From the NCBI RefSeq assembly GCF_009914755.1, contig NC_060929.1: a DNA stretch of 64,000 nucleotides; one strand, given 5' to 3'. The DNA is from the human T2T-CHM13v2.0 reference genome, Homo sapiens. Within the stretch, counting starts at the first letter, position 1. Every line of letters begins with the position of its first letter. A program made the translations under genes and the position numbers. Positions 28,441 through 40,179 of this stretch are shown piece by piece. The notes under the pieces were generated by a model that saw only the letters and a program-made list of their open reading frames with translations, had not been told where the DNA came from and did no database searches.

Positions 28441-29077
28441 ATGTTATCCTAATTATTGTCTTGTTAGCTAGGGACCTATCTCCTGAAAAAGTTACTTTTG
28501 TTCCACAAGTTATGAAACCTGCTAACTAAAATCCAATACTGGATTTTAAGGGATTGTGTAGGCTACAGTAAGGACTCTAGGTTTTTTGTTTGTTTTTGTT
28601 TTTGGTTTTTTTTTTGGCTGTTTGGGGTTTTTCTTTTTTTTTTTTTTTAAGTCAGTGAAGAATTAAAGACAAACTACAACTCATATGAGGCATTCCAGGA
28701 TGGGCAGTGAGTCCCAAATATGAGCTGTTTCAGTGTTTTCTCATTCACCAGCTTTTGTCATTGGACATTTTATTTTGATTGACTGTATTTATACTTAAAA
28801 AAGTAGTTGTGCTATAGAATTTCCTGCGTAGATACCAATAACTAATTTATTTAAAACCATTTTATCTTTAAATAGCTCTAATGTCAGATAGAAAGATAAA
28901 ACAATTGTCATTTTTACAGAGAGAAAATAAAAAACATCAGGGAAAGAGGCAGTCTAGTGCATCAGAAAAAGGCAAGAGCCCAGAACTCATCATCCCAGGT
29001 TCTCATCCCCTCCCTCACTTTCTAGCTATTTGGTAATTAGGTACAAGAAATTTGTAAACCATTAAGCATTTTAATAA

Positions 29078-29439
<362 letters not shown>

Positions 29440-30184
29440 GAAAATCTTACACTGTTTAAGTAGTTCATATTGCAAGCCTAACTTTCTATGCTATTGTTGA
29501 GCTAAGGTATCTAATACTTTAAAAATATAATTACTCATAAATGTTTTAAATTTGCTTCCATGTCACATAAGTTATGTGCTTTATTACCATTTTTTAAAAT
29601 TTAAATAAAAACTAAACTAGTGGTTTCCAAGTAGTTTTTTCAAGTTTGTGAATTTATATTCAGCTAGTTCTTTCAAGTAAAAGGACAGAATGTTTTATAG
29701 TTTAGTAAACCGAGCTATGATTAAACTATGTTTCTGAATCCTGCTTTCAGTTTGCTTAGATGACTCCCTGTAGTCATCCTTGCCACCTGTCCCAAACCCT
29801 GAACATTAGGGGGCTGGGACCATGGTTATAATAATTATTTACCTGGGAAAATGTAACTTCTGTAGAATGATTGCTGTTTCTAATAAGTAACTATATGGAC
29901 AAATAGAAGGATTTTAGTTAGAAATTTGTATAGCTGGGAGGAATGCTTTCTAGACCAGTGAAGTTGTAAACATTTTTATTTCCTATTTTCAGCATTTTTA
30001 AAAATAAAAAACACGTTCAGTTTTTATCACATGCATATTTTGTTACCTTGTAAGATCTGGTTTACACTTAAAATTGCAAATATCAGGTGATACGTATTTT
30101 CTATTTTTGAAACCATAATAAACATATTCTTTTAAAAGTTTGGAAGCCAAAATATTTTTCTTAAATATATTATTTTCTTTTCAG

Positions 30185-30299
30185 CCTTATGTTTACACAA
30201 CACCGCCCTTTGTCAGAGTGACACATGGAAGGATTTATTCGGAAGTGACTTGCTTTTTTGACCATGTTACTCATAGAGTCCGACTATACCACATACAGG
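30185..30299 (+). CDS. MAN2A1: MAN2A1 coding exon (probably exon 16)
   Basis: ttttcag|CCT ... CAGG|gtaaga; 115 nt, phase 0->1; PYVYTTPPFVRVTHGRIYSEVTCFFDHVTHRVRLYHIQ(G). Confidence 0.97.
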
Positions 30300-32349
30300 G
30301 TAAGAAAATAGGAATGCAGTTATGAAACATATGTATTATGGTTTTTGAATTCTTGCTTTTCTTATGCCATTCTTAAATTAACAGTTGGTTTTTGTAGATG
30401 ATGTTTTTCTAAACTTGACATTTTTAATATGATTTAAAATATGAAACTTACCCTTTGATAATAAAAAATGGTAAAACATTTCAATCCCTACATATACATG
30501 TTCCTCTGTATATCTTCTCTTAATTGTTGCCATATTGGTCTTGAGCTCATTAACTGGTAACTTTATTTTTAACACCTGAAAACAGTACAGTGTTTTGATT
30601 TTATGAAATGGAAATTATATTAAATACGACTTTCAGTTAATAGACCACACACATATATGGGGCCTGCTTCCTTAAATATAGCCTGTATCACTGGAATGTA
30701 ACTTTAAGAGAAAAATGTTCTAAGCTGGTTCTATTTGTTTACAGCTCTTTACCCAGTAGAGTATAAAACCTAGCAATTGTTTATCATTTTTAGAACAGTA
30801 TTGAGCAGCATCTTTATGAACCCAAGTGATAGGAAATAGGCTTTTGATCCTTTTGAGAACTTAACCCTGGGCAATGGAACTGATTCCATGGGGTCTGAGT
30901 GGAGCTGTGGTTTCCAAAGACTTGCACATTTAGGTTGGTTGATTTAGAATTCATTGTTTGTAGAATGGTGTGCTTTTCCAACTACAGATTTAATCCTAAT
31001 AACCAGGGTATTTACCATATTATCAACACTCTTAGAAAAAGACCTCATAAAAATGCCATTTAAATTTATCTTTGCTGTTAGCTAAGTTGAACAAATTAGA
31101 AAAGAAAAAATACTATTTCCCTGAATCTTCATACAGGTAAAAAATAAAGGATTTCACAAACTAAAGATAAATGTATAGGTAGGCACGGTTTCCTTTTTAG
31201 GTATTGTGGGAAAGCAAAGGGATACTATGTTCAGGGAATCTCTTAAATCACAGAAGTTCAATTTTCTGATTTCATAGTTAAATTTAATTTTGCTTTTATT
31301 TAACTTTTTTATTAACTTCAAATTTCATTAGTATTTGCTTTTTGTTAGAATTTCAGGTATGGACAAACTTTCTCATGCAACTTCTTTAGGTAATAATATG
31401 ATAGGTTTTTCAGAATAACCCATGATTCATAGGATGAATCAAGAAGTAAAAGTTCTCTGGCAGGTGGGAAAAATAATGCTAGACACTAATTTTGTGTCCT
31501 AAATGTGACTTCTGAAGTTATCTGTGATCACTTTGCTACCTACAGGAAAACCTGTAGTTCTGAAATAATCTTCTATTGAGTTTCTCAAAACTTCTGGTAA
31601 GTCAGAAACTGTTTTTGATCATCTGTTTGTACTCTTGTGTAAGCCATTATTTAATACCCCTGAGAGCTCTAAGTTACATCTTCAACTTTATAGCATTACC
31701 CCACAGAAGATATGCTGATCTATTTTTAAGTTTGCTTTAAACTATTGTTTTTTAGTGGAAAAGTTTTTCCTGGAGTACAACATGGCACACACTTTGGCAC
31801 AAACTTGTGTCATCAGGTTTGATTTACCATTGTTTTTCATCAGTTATATTTAGAGATGGGCTATGTCTCAGAGGAAATGCTGTAGCAACTCTTCCTAAAA
31901 TTCCAACTTCTCAATCAGGTATATTTGCATAATTGCTTTTGCTTTTATTTAATTATGTCACTGTATCTTCTGGGTTTTCCTTGGATTATCCAGGACCTCT
32001 AGTTCTCACATCATAGGGCAGTTTGTGTAGACTAGATGGCCCTGTTCTGCTGCTAGTGGCTGTAGCTTAGTGCTTGACTTGGAAATTAATAGGCTCTGAC
32101 TTGCCTATTTACTTATTTGAGCAAACTACACTCATCAGAACTAAATGCTTGTCATTTTTCCTTTCCCCCTCTCTTCCTGTTTCCCTCTGGGCAGTGAACT
32201 GTCCAGTGGCTAATAGTGTTAAGCAGGAGCCCGGGCCACTGAGGTTTGACTGGCTCCTGGCCTTCCAAAGGGGCTCTCAATGTAGCCCATTTCTATTTGC
32301 TGGTCTTGCCTCTGCCTCTTTTCTCTTTTTTATTCTTTAGTTTTCTTTC

Positions 32350-32667
32350 TTTCTTTCCTTCCTTTTTTTTTTTTTTTTTTTTTTTTTTGACAGAGTCTCG
32401 CTCTATCGCCCAGGCTGGAGTGCAGTGGAGCGATCTCGGCTCACTGCAGCCTCTGCCCCACTGGTTCAAGGATTCTCCTGCCTCAGCTTCCTAGGTAGCT
32501 GGGACTACAGGTGTACACCACCACGCCTGGCTAATTTTTCTATTTTTAGTAGGGATGGGGTTTCGCCATGTTGGTCAGGCTGGTCTCGAACTCTTGACCT
32601 CAGGTAATCCACCCGCCTTGTCTTCCCAAAGTGCTGGTATTATAGGCATGAGCCACTGCACCTGGCT
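32350..32667 (-). mobile_element. Alu (AluS) with T/CT-rich tail
   Basis: Long poly(T) plus reverse Alu dimer. Confidence 0.94.
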
Positions 32668-34281
32668 TGATTTTCTTTTTTCATGTGTTTCCTTTCTAGA
32701 TTATTTGTCTTCTCTTCCTTGGTGTTCTCGGGCATATGAAAAAAATAATAAATGATGGATAAATAAGTGTAATGCAAACTTAGAGCGCCTCACTGATGAG
32801 TTTTACAGTAGTTGCCTGGATTAAATGAGAAGCCGTCATATATAAACTGGACGTAACCTGTAAATCTTTTTTCATTCTAGTCCGGATCATTTTTTTTTTC
32901 AACATGAAAGCAGTTGGTAGGAAATAGAGATACCAGAATCACCTGAAATGCTTTCTTCCAAACTATATACCTTCCCGTGTTTGTATTTGAGCTCCTCTTA
33001 ACAAATCTCCCTCTGGGAAAAGATAAGCCCGGTTGTGGAGAGAGTCTTTCCTTAGTAATCTTCATGACTCACCTGTCTCTCCTGTTTTTCACATACCATT
33101 GCCTGAACACTCGGGTTGTCTCAATCCTGGCTGATTGTGGTTTTAATGAAATCACTAATCAAGGCCCATGATAGATATACGAAGTCTTCAGGGTATTTGG
33201 CTCTATCAGCGTTCACGCTGCCTGAAAGGGTGATCAGTCTTCAGGGATCTGTTATTTAGTGCCAAGTCTTCCTTATTAAGAAATACTGGAAAGTTGTTTA
33301 ACATTCTAAACTTTGGCCTCCTGTAAATCAGACACCTGGATGATTGATCAAAATGCATAGACAAAATGTGGCTTTTCATTTTAGATGCAAAGGAAACGTC
33401 AGCCAACTTCCATGCTGTTGTAGATTGGCTTTTAGCTAGTATTGCATAAAATAACAAAAAATATTTATTCTTGAATTTAATTTACTAAACTAGTTTTGGA
33501 TATATGCTACTTTTGTCCCCCTTAAACCAACCAGATGCAGTTATTTGCATGAGTATTAATGAATAGAGCCTATTTGTTGTTAGTACCAGATTTTCAATCC
33601 AGGAAGAAATGAGGGTTTGGGGAGAGAGACTATTAATGTTTTATGATTACATACTGTAATTGTATTAGGTTACTAAACCAGTTAATTATACAAAAGATTT
33701 TGTAATCTCAGCAACAAGGAATAAAGAAACAGAAAATGAGTTAGTATTAAAGATTGTCTTTGTTGGGTGTCTATTTTTGTTAAACCTTACAAATCCAATT
33801 TAAAAACTAAACTAACGCATACCTGACAAAATATTCTTACATTTCTCAGTCTCTACTTTAGTTGTTCTTTGACCCTTTTCTCCCCAAAGTAACTATTGCC
33901 CAAATTAAGCTTCAGGAGAAAACAAAATCAAGAACGACAAGCAACATTTCCAAAATTATATAAACTTTTTGGTCCTTAATGATTTTGAAACAGAGTTGAG
34001 AGGCCGTATAGTTCAACCTACTTTTGTTTTTGGTTTGGTATTTAACTTTTGTTTCTCTATCTGCATTCTCTCCAGATTCTGAAAATGATCAGAAGTGCAG
34101 TTGAAGCGCTCTCTCTTTCTTAACATCTTTTAAACTAATAAAAGAACACTCTGTTTTCCTTTTCATTATCGTTCAGACATCGCATTCAAAAGGTTTCTAA
34201 AAATACTAAATTAGAAGAAATCTTGTGCTCACTAGCCTTAAAAGCTCTACAAGATCAGAGCAGTTCAGAATTTCTAATGAA

Positions 34282-34595
34282 GGCGTGGCACGGTGGCTCA
34301 CACCTGTAATTCCAGCACTTTGGGAGGCCAAGGCAGGCGGATCACAAGGTCAGGAGATCAAGACCATCCTGGCTAACAAGGTGAAAGAAACCCCGTCTCT
34401 ACTAAAAATACAAAAAGTTAGCTGGGTTTGGTGGCACGTGCCTGTAATCCCAGCTATTCGGGAGACTGAGGCAGGAGAATCGCTTCAACGCAGGAGGCGG
34501 AGGTTGCAATGAGCCGAAATAGCGCCACTGTACTCCAACCTGGGCAACAGAGCGAGACTCTGTCTCAAAAAAAAAAAAAAGAAAAAAAGAAAAAA
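34282..34595 (+). mobile_element. Alu (AluSc-like)
   Basis: ggatcacaaggtcaggagatcaagaccatcctggctaac; TSD aatttctaatgaa at 34269-34281 and 34596-34608. Confidence 0.94.
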
Positions 34596-35464
34596 AATTT
34601 CTAATGAAATATATTGTTTTGCCCATGTCAGGTTTAATAAATCCATTTTATAGCACCCATAATTTAATGAAATGCAATTTATTTCATTTGTAGAAAATAA
34701 CACTCTTCTGGGGGAAAAGTTGAGGGAGGTGGGAATTAATTTTTCTTGCAGTATAATCATCTTTCATTTAATTGAAGCTTTAAACATTACCATATAGGCT
34801 GCTACTTTAGCTTTTTTGGTTAATCTGTGATTAGAAGATAGAATATAATACAAACAGAAGCTCCTGTATCCTCTTGTGTTTTATTTAATACTGCACCTAC
34901 AAGGAAAGTACATACCTTGCAATAATATAATACCAATAAGTGACATTGTTAACTGTGGCCTTATTTGTCTTCAGAGCTGTAATTATTGGACTTTAGTGTC
35001 CTAGTTTCTGATATCAACAGCTACTTTGAAGAATTAGGTCACTGTGGGTAACGAGTATGTCGTGTACATTTCATTGGCGCAAGGACTGTGTTCTCCTAGG
35101 CAGGTGTTTGTTAGCGAGTTAGTATGTATGTGTGTGTAAACCATGTTTTAACCCTTAGGGGAAACATCTTAAATGCAATACTTCTGCCCTGTTTTCCACC
35201 AACATATTATAAAGTATTATATGTAATGGATCTTACTCAAAGAAAACAAGCAGCCTGGAGGTAAAATGTAATGAACTGACATCAAAAAGTATGGAAGGAA
35301 AGACTTTCCTTTGACTGAAATGACTGATTTTCTTGCATATTTAGCAATCGAACAGAGTTGCTTAGTTTTTCTCTGAGCAATTTTGAATATATAAACATAA
35401 GTGGATTTATAACCTGACTCTTGGCTTTTAGAGAATCAAAATGAGCTTCATCTAGTTAAACATA

Positions 35465-36681
35465 TTAGGGGACTTCAAAAAGTTTGTGGACAAATGGAAT
35501 TAAAAGATAAAAATTAAAAATATAAACTATTTCTCAACATAAGCTTCATCAAGTTCATGACGCTTTTGTAAGCAATGAATCCAGCTACTCAGTCCATCCC
35601 TAAGGAACAGAGGGTCCTGGAAATTTAACCATGTCATTTCAGTCTACTTATATTATTAAGTAAAATGAGTGCCCATTAAATATTTTTTTAAGATTAGGAA
35701 ACAAAAAGAAGTCAGGAGGAGCCAAATTAGCACTGTAAGTGACTGCCTAATGATTTTCCATTCAAACTGTCACAAAATTGCCCTTGTTTAATGAGAGGAA
35801 TGAGCAGGAGCATTATGGTGGAGAAGAACTCTGATGAAACTTTCCTGGGTGTTTTTCTGCTAAGGCTTTGGCTAATGTTCTCAAAACATTCTCATAACAA
35901 GCAGATATTACTGTTCTTTGGGCCTCCAGAAAGTCAACACACCAAATGCCTTGAGCATCCCAAAAAGCTGTTGCCATGACTTTTACTCTTGGCCAGTCTT
36001 CTTTTGCTTTGATTGGACCATTTCCACCTCTTGGTAGCCATTGTTTTGATTGTACTTTGTCTTCAGAATCATACTGGTAAAGCTGTATTCCATCTCCTGT
36101 TACAATTCTTCAAAGAAATGTTTCAGGATCTTGATCCCACTTATTTAAAATTTCCATTGAAAGCCCTGCTCTTGTCTGCAGCTGATCTGGACGCAATGGT
36201 TTTGGCACCCATTGAGTGGAAAGTTTCCTCAACTTTAATTTTTCAGTCAGAATTGTATAAGCTGCTAATTGTTAGTTCTCTTCAGTTAGAGCAGGAGCAA
36301 ACTTAATTTTTTTCTTGAAAATTGGTGTAGTCTTCGTCTTCTACATTGTCCCATCCCTTCTTAAAACAATTTATCTGTTTTGTAAAGTGCTGATTTTCTT
36401 GGACCATTGTCTCCATAAACTTTTCATAAAGCATCAGTGATTTCACCATACTTCCACCTAAGCTTCACCATAAATTTGATGTTTGTTCTTGTTTAAATTT
36501 TAGCATAATTTATATTGCTCTGATAGGGGCTCTTATCAAATCCAGGTCTCACCCTTCTTAGTGCTCAAACTAGATCCTGTTCAGACATGTTACAATAAGT
36601 AAGTATGAGTTTATTTTGATGAAATCCATGCATAGTTTTTTCATGATATGCATTTTCCATGAAACTTTTGAAGACCCCTCT
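35465..36681 (-). mobile_element. Hsmar2 mariner DNA transposon, near full length, decayed
   Basis: Terminal inverted repeats aggggacttcaaaaagtttgtgga / tccatgaaacttttgaagacccctc. The minus strand from ~36510 encodes a degenerate mariner transposase N-terminus (AKI*TRTNIKFMVKLRWKYGEITDAL*KVYGDNGPRKSALYK) with stops. Confidence 0.88.
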
Positions 36682-36901
36682 TATAAGGGAATCACATTGG
36701 GATTTAGAGATCCAAATCCTTAGTTTTGCCTCTAAGCAAACTAGAGGAGTATGGGTTTGTCCTTTAATTTCTTAGGGACTCAGTTTCTTAATCTATAAAA
36801 AAGGTAGATGTTCAATTAGGTATAACTGTCAAAGAGTCTTCATACAACTTAGTTTCACATAAAATCTCTTGTGCCTGACTCCCTGCTTCTAAATTCATCT
36901 T

Positions 36902-36937
36902 CTACACTTGGTCTTAGCCAAAAGGCCAAGAAGTGAT
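36902..36937 (-). pseudogene. 3'-truncated U2 snRNA retropseudogene (U2 nt 1-36)
   Basis: The minus strand reads ATCACTTCTTGGCCTTTTGGCTAAGACCAAGTGTAG versus recalled U2 ATCGCTTCTCGGCCTTTTGGCTAAGATCAAGTGTAG (33/36; two differences are CpG decay). TSD taaattcatc(t/g)tcta at 36890-36904 and 36938-36952; no poly(A). Confidence 0.92.
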
Positions 36938-38267
36938 TAAATTCATCGTCTAAGAATGCCTGAATCTGGGGCTTCCATCCCTGGAGTCTGCCCCACTTGT
37001 AAACAAGGTCTCAGAGCTTCACTGAAGTTCTTTTTATTTTCATAAAAAGATTCATGAAGACATTAAGATGGTTTGCAATCAATCTCTCATTTTTTTCCAT
37101 AGCTATATTCCATATTTAGTTTGATTTAAAAGTAAAAAGCATTAAGTAAGTTATAGCTAGGCAGGCTTAGGTAATTAAAACATTTTTGGAATATCATAAT
37201 ATGCAATTGACTGCTAAGGATTTTTTTCCCTGTTAATTGGAACTTTTAAAAATTGAAATAAGTAGCTATGTGACGAATCTGATTATTCTCTACAGGCATG
37301 AAAGAGAAGGTTATTTTAAGGGACTGCAAGCACATTCTGGTTACACAGATTCAGAACTCAGAGGTTATCTTTGGGGCTGTTTGAGAGCAGCTGATTGTTG
37401 AAGCCATAACTCCTTAGCAAAGAAGCATCATCCCCTACAAAGGTGGGTTGCACTGAACTCAGGTGAAGGGCACAGGGATGGGGGAAACACAGGAGATATG
37501 TAATGGCTCAGAGTTGAGACTCCAGAGCCAGTTCTCTTGTGTTTTATTCCCAGGCCCATCCTAGGTCTGCCACTTAGCAGCTGTTTGACCTTGCACAGGT
37601 TACTGCCAACCTGGCTTTGGTTTTATCATCCTGAAATGTTGACAGTAGTAAAATCAGCTTCAGAGGATGTTTGGAGTATTCACCGAGTAAATATACAAGG
37701 AACCTTACCCATAGTGAGTGTTGTATCTACTTACAAGAGTGAGTGAGCCAGATGGGTTAGATAGTTTACTATTATAAGACAAAGCATGGTCATTAAGGAT
37801 TGGGGGAATTGGGGAGGATTTAATGAAGGAAGTGAGTCACTGAGAGGCTAGGTCTTAGAGAATGTCACATGAAAGGCAGAAAGGAGGAAAAGAATATCAC
37901 AATGTGTGAAATAAGGTTGTTTAGAACCCCACTATAAGGATTTGAAGAACTCTTTGTCCCTTATATATTTTTTAATTGACTTGAAGTTTTTCTTTATACA
38001 TTTAAATAATTGCAAAGGATGTTATTTTGGTGTATTGTACATGGTGACTTTTAAAAATAAGCATATCCAATGGGCAGTGGTACTAAATCATGTGTTTTTT
38101 AAAAGCCTGCACTAGCTTTTTCTTTAACTGTCGGAAACTTCACATCATTATTTTCTCCTTATAATTACATTCTATTTCTCCACAGAATGTTATCTTAATG
38201 TAGTATTTTTGTGGTTCAGAGCCTTGTTATTGGTCAGTCTTTCATTACTTCTCTAAAACAAAAATCA

Positions 38268-38294
38268 TGTGTGTGTGTGTGTGTGTGTGTGTGT
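38268..38294. repeat. (TG)n microsatellite
   Basis: About 13 TG units. Confidence 0.95.
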
Positions 38295-38625
38295 ATTTAT
38301 GTATACAGTTTTAAAAGTCTGTTATAAGGCTCTAAGTATTTTATTTCTTCTGGATTGAGATATAAAAATTATTATTTGTATGCAGTTGGTCAAAAAACAT
38401 AAATATGTTCCTATTTTAATAATTTTATTTTATAAATTTTAATGAAAACATTTTTCTCAGTGGGTTGTACCTTTTTAATTCCTAATGGATAATGTATCCA
38501 TTGATGAATGTCACTCATTGCTAGAATGATATATGATTTTATTCTTAATTTTTATTTATATAAATATCAGTGCAAAGGAAAGTTGTTCACATAAATAAGT
38601 AGCTGGTAATGGAAGGAGTTTTCTT

Positions 38626-40179
38626 TTTTTTTTTTTTTTTTTTTTTTTAGTATTTATTGATCATTCTTGGGTGTTTCTCGGAGAGGGGGATTTGGCAGGG
38701 TCATAGGACAATAGTGGAGGGAAGGTCAGCAGATAAACATGTGAACAAGGGTCTCTGGTTTTCCTAGGCAGAGGACCCTGCTGCCTTCTGCAGTTTTTGT
38801 GTCCCTGGGTACTTGAGATTAGGGAGTGGTGATGACTCTTAACGAGCATGCTGCCTTCAAGCATCTGTTTAACAAACCACATCCTGCACCGCCCTTAATC
38901 CATTTAACCCTGAGTGGACACAGCACATGTTTCAGAGAGCAAGGGGTTGGGGGTAAGGCCATAGATTAACAGCATCCCAAGGCAGAAGAATTTTTCTTAG
39001 TACAGCACAAAATGGAGTCTCCCATGTCTACTTCTTTCTACACAGACACAGCAACAATCTGATTTCTCTTTCCTTTCCCCACACGTCCCCCCCTTCCACT
39101 CGACAAAACCGCCATCGTCATCATGGCCCGTTCTCAATGAGCTGCTAGGTACACCTCCCAGACAGGGTGGCGGCCGGGCAGAGGGGCCCCCCCACTTCCC
39201 TCCCGGACGGGGCGGCTGGCCGGGCCGGGGCTGCCCCCCACCTCCCTCCCGGACGGGGCGGCTGGCTGGGTGGGGGCTGTCCCCCACCTCCTGGAGGGGG
39301 CGGCTGCCGGGCGGAGACACTCCTCACTTCCCAGACGGGGCGGCTGCCGGGCGGAGGGGCTCCTCACTTCTCAGATGGGGCGGCAGGGCAGAGACGCTCC
39401 TCACCTCCCAGACGGGGTGGCGGTCGGGCACAGACACTCCTCAGTTCCCAGATGGGGTCACGGCCGGGCAGAGGCGCTCCTCACATCCCAGATGGGGCGG
39501 CAGGGCAGAGGCGCTCCCCACATCTCAGACGATGGGTGGCGGGGCAGAGGCGCTCCCCATATCTCAGACGATGGGTGGCCGGGCAGAGACGCTCCTCACT
39601 TCCCAGAGGGGATGGCGGCTGGGAAGAGACGCTCCTCACTTCCCAGACTGGGCGGCCGGGCAGAGGGGCTCCTCACATCCCAGACGATGGGCGGCCAGGC
39701 AGAGACGCTCCTCGCTTCCCAGACAGGGTGGCGGCCGGGCAGAGGCTGCAATCTCGGCACTTTGGGAGGCCAAGGCAGGCGGCTGGGAGGTGGAGGTTGT
39801 AGCGAGCCGAGATCACGCCACTGCACTCCAGCCTGGGCAACATTGAGCACTGAGTGAGCGAGACTCCATCTGCAATCCCGGCACCTCAGGAGGCCGAGGC
39901 TAGCAGATCACTCGTGGTTAGGAGCTGGAGACCAGCCCGGCCAACACGGCAAAACCCCGTCTCCACCAAAAAAATCCGAAAACCAGTCAGGCGTGGAGGC
40001 GTGCGCCTGCAATCCCAGGCACTCGGCAGGCTGAAGCAGGAGAATCAGGCATGGAGGTTGCAGTGAGCCGAGATGGCAGCACTACAGTCCGGCCTCTGCT
40101 CGGCATCAGAGGGAGACGGTGGAGAGAGAGGGAGAGGGAGAGGGAGACTGTGGGGAGGGGGAGGGGGAGGGGGAGAGGG
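38626..40179 (-). mobile_element. Full-length SVA retrotransposon (older subfamily, probably SVA_B-like)
   Basis: Reading along + strand: poly(T), SINE-R (tatttattgatcattcttgggtgtttctc...), GC-rich VNTR ~39150-39740, Alu-like region, then (AGAGGG)n-type hexamer ~40108-40179. TSD gaaggagttttctt at 38612-38625 and 40183-40196. The subfamily guess rests on the recalled diagnostic 'agattaacagcatcccaagg'. Confidence 0.96.

Noticed and set aside
33065-33323. Perfect minus-strand donor CAG|GTGAGT (33067-33075) overlapping an AP-1 site TGACTCA, with a possible acceptor at 33321: putative antisense exon
   Set aside because: The acceptor has almost no polypyrimidine tract and there is no meaningful ORF. 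One such 9-mer is not surprising in 64 kb and nothing else supports it.
35791-36306. Plus-strand ORFs of 62 and 97 aa
   Set aside because: They are antisense to the dead Hsmar2 transposase; the true transposase frame has multiple stops.
39134-40066. Long ORFs of 211 aa and 195 aa plus overlapping ORFs in GC-rich sequence
   Set aside because: They lie entirely within the SVA VNTR and Alu-like region. Repetitive GC-rich DNA lacks stops, so these are not genes.
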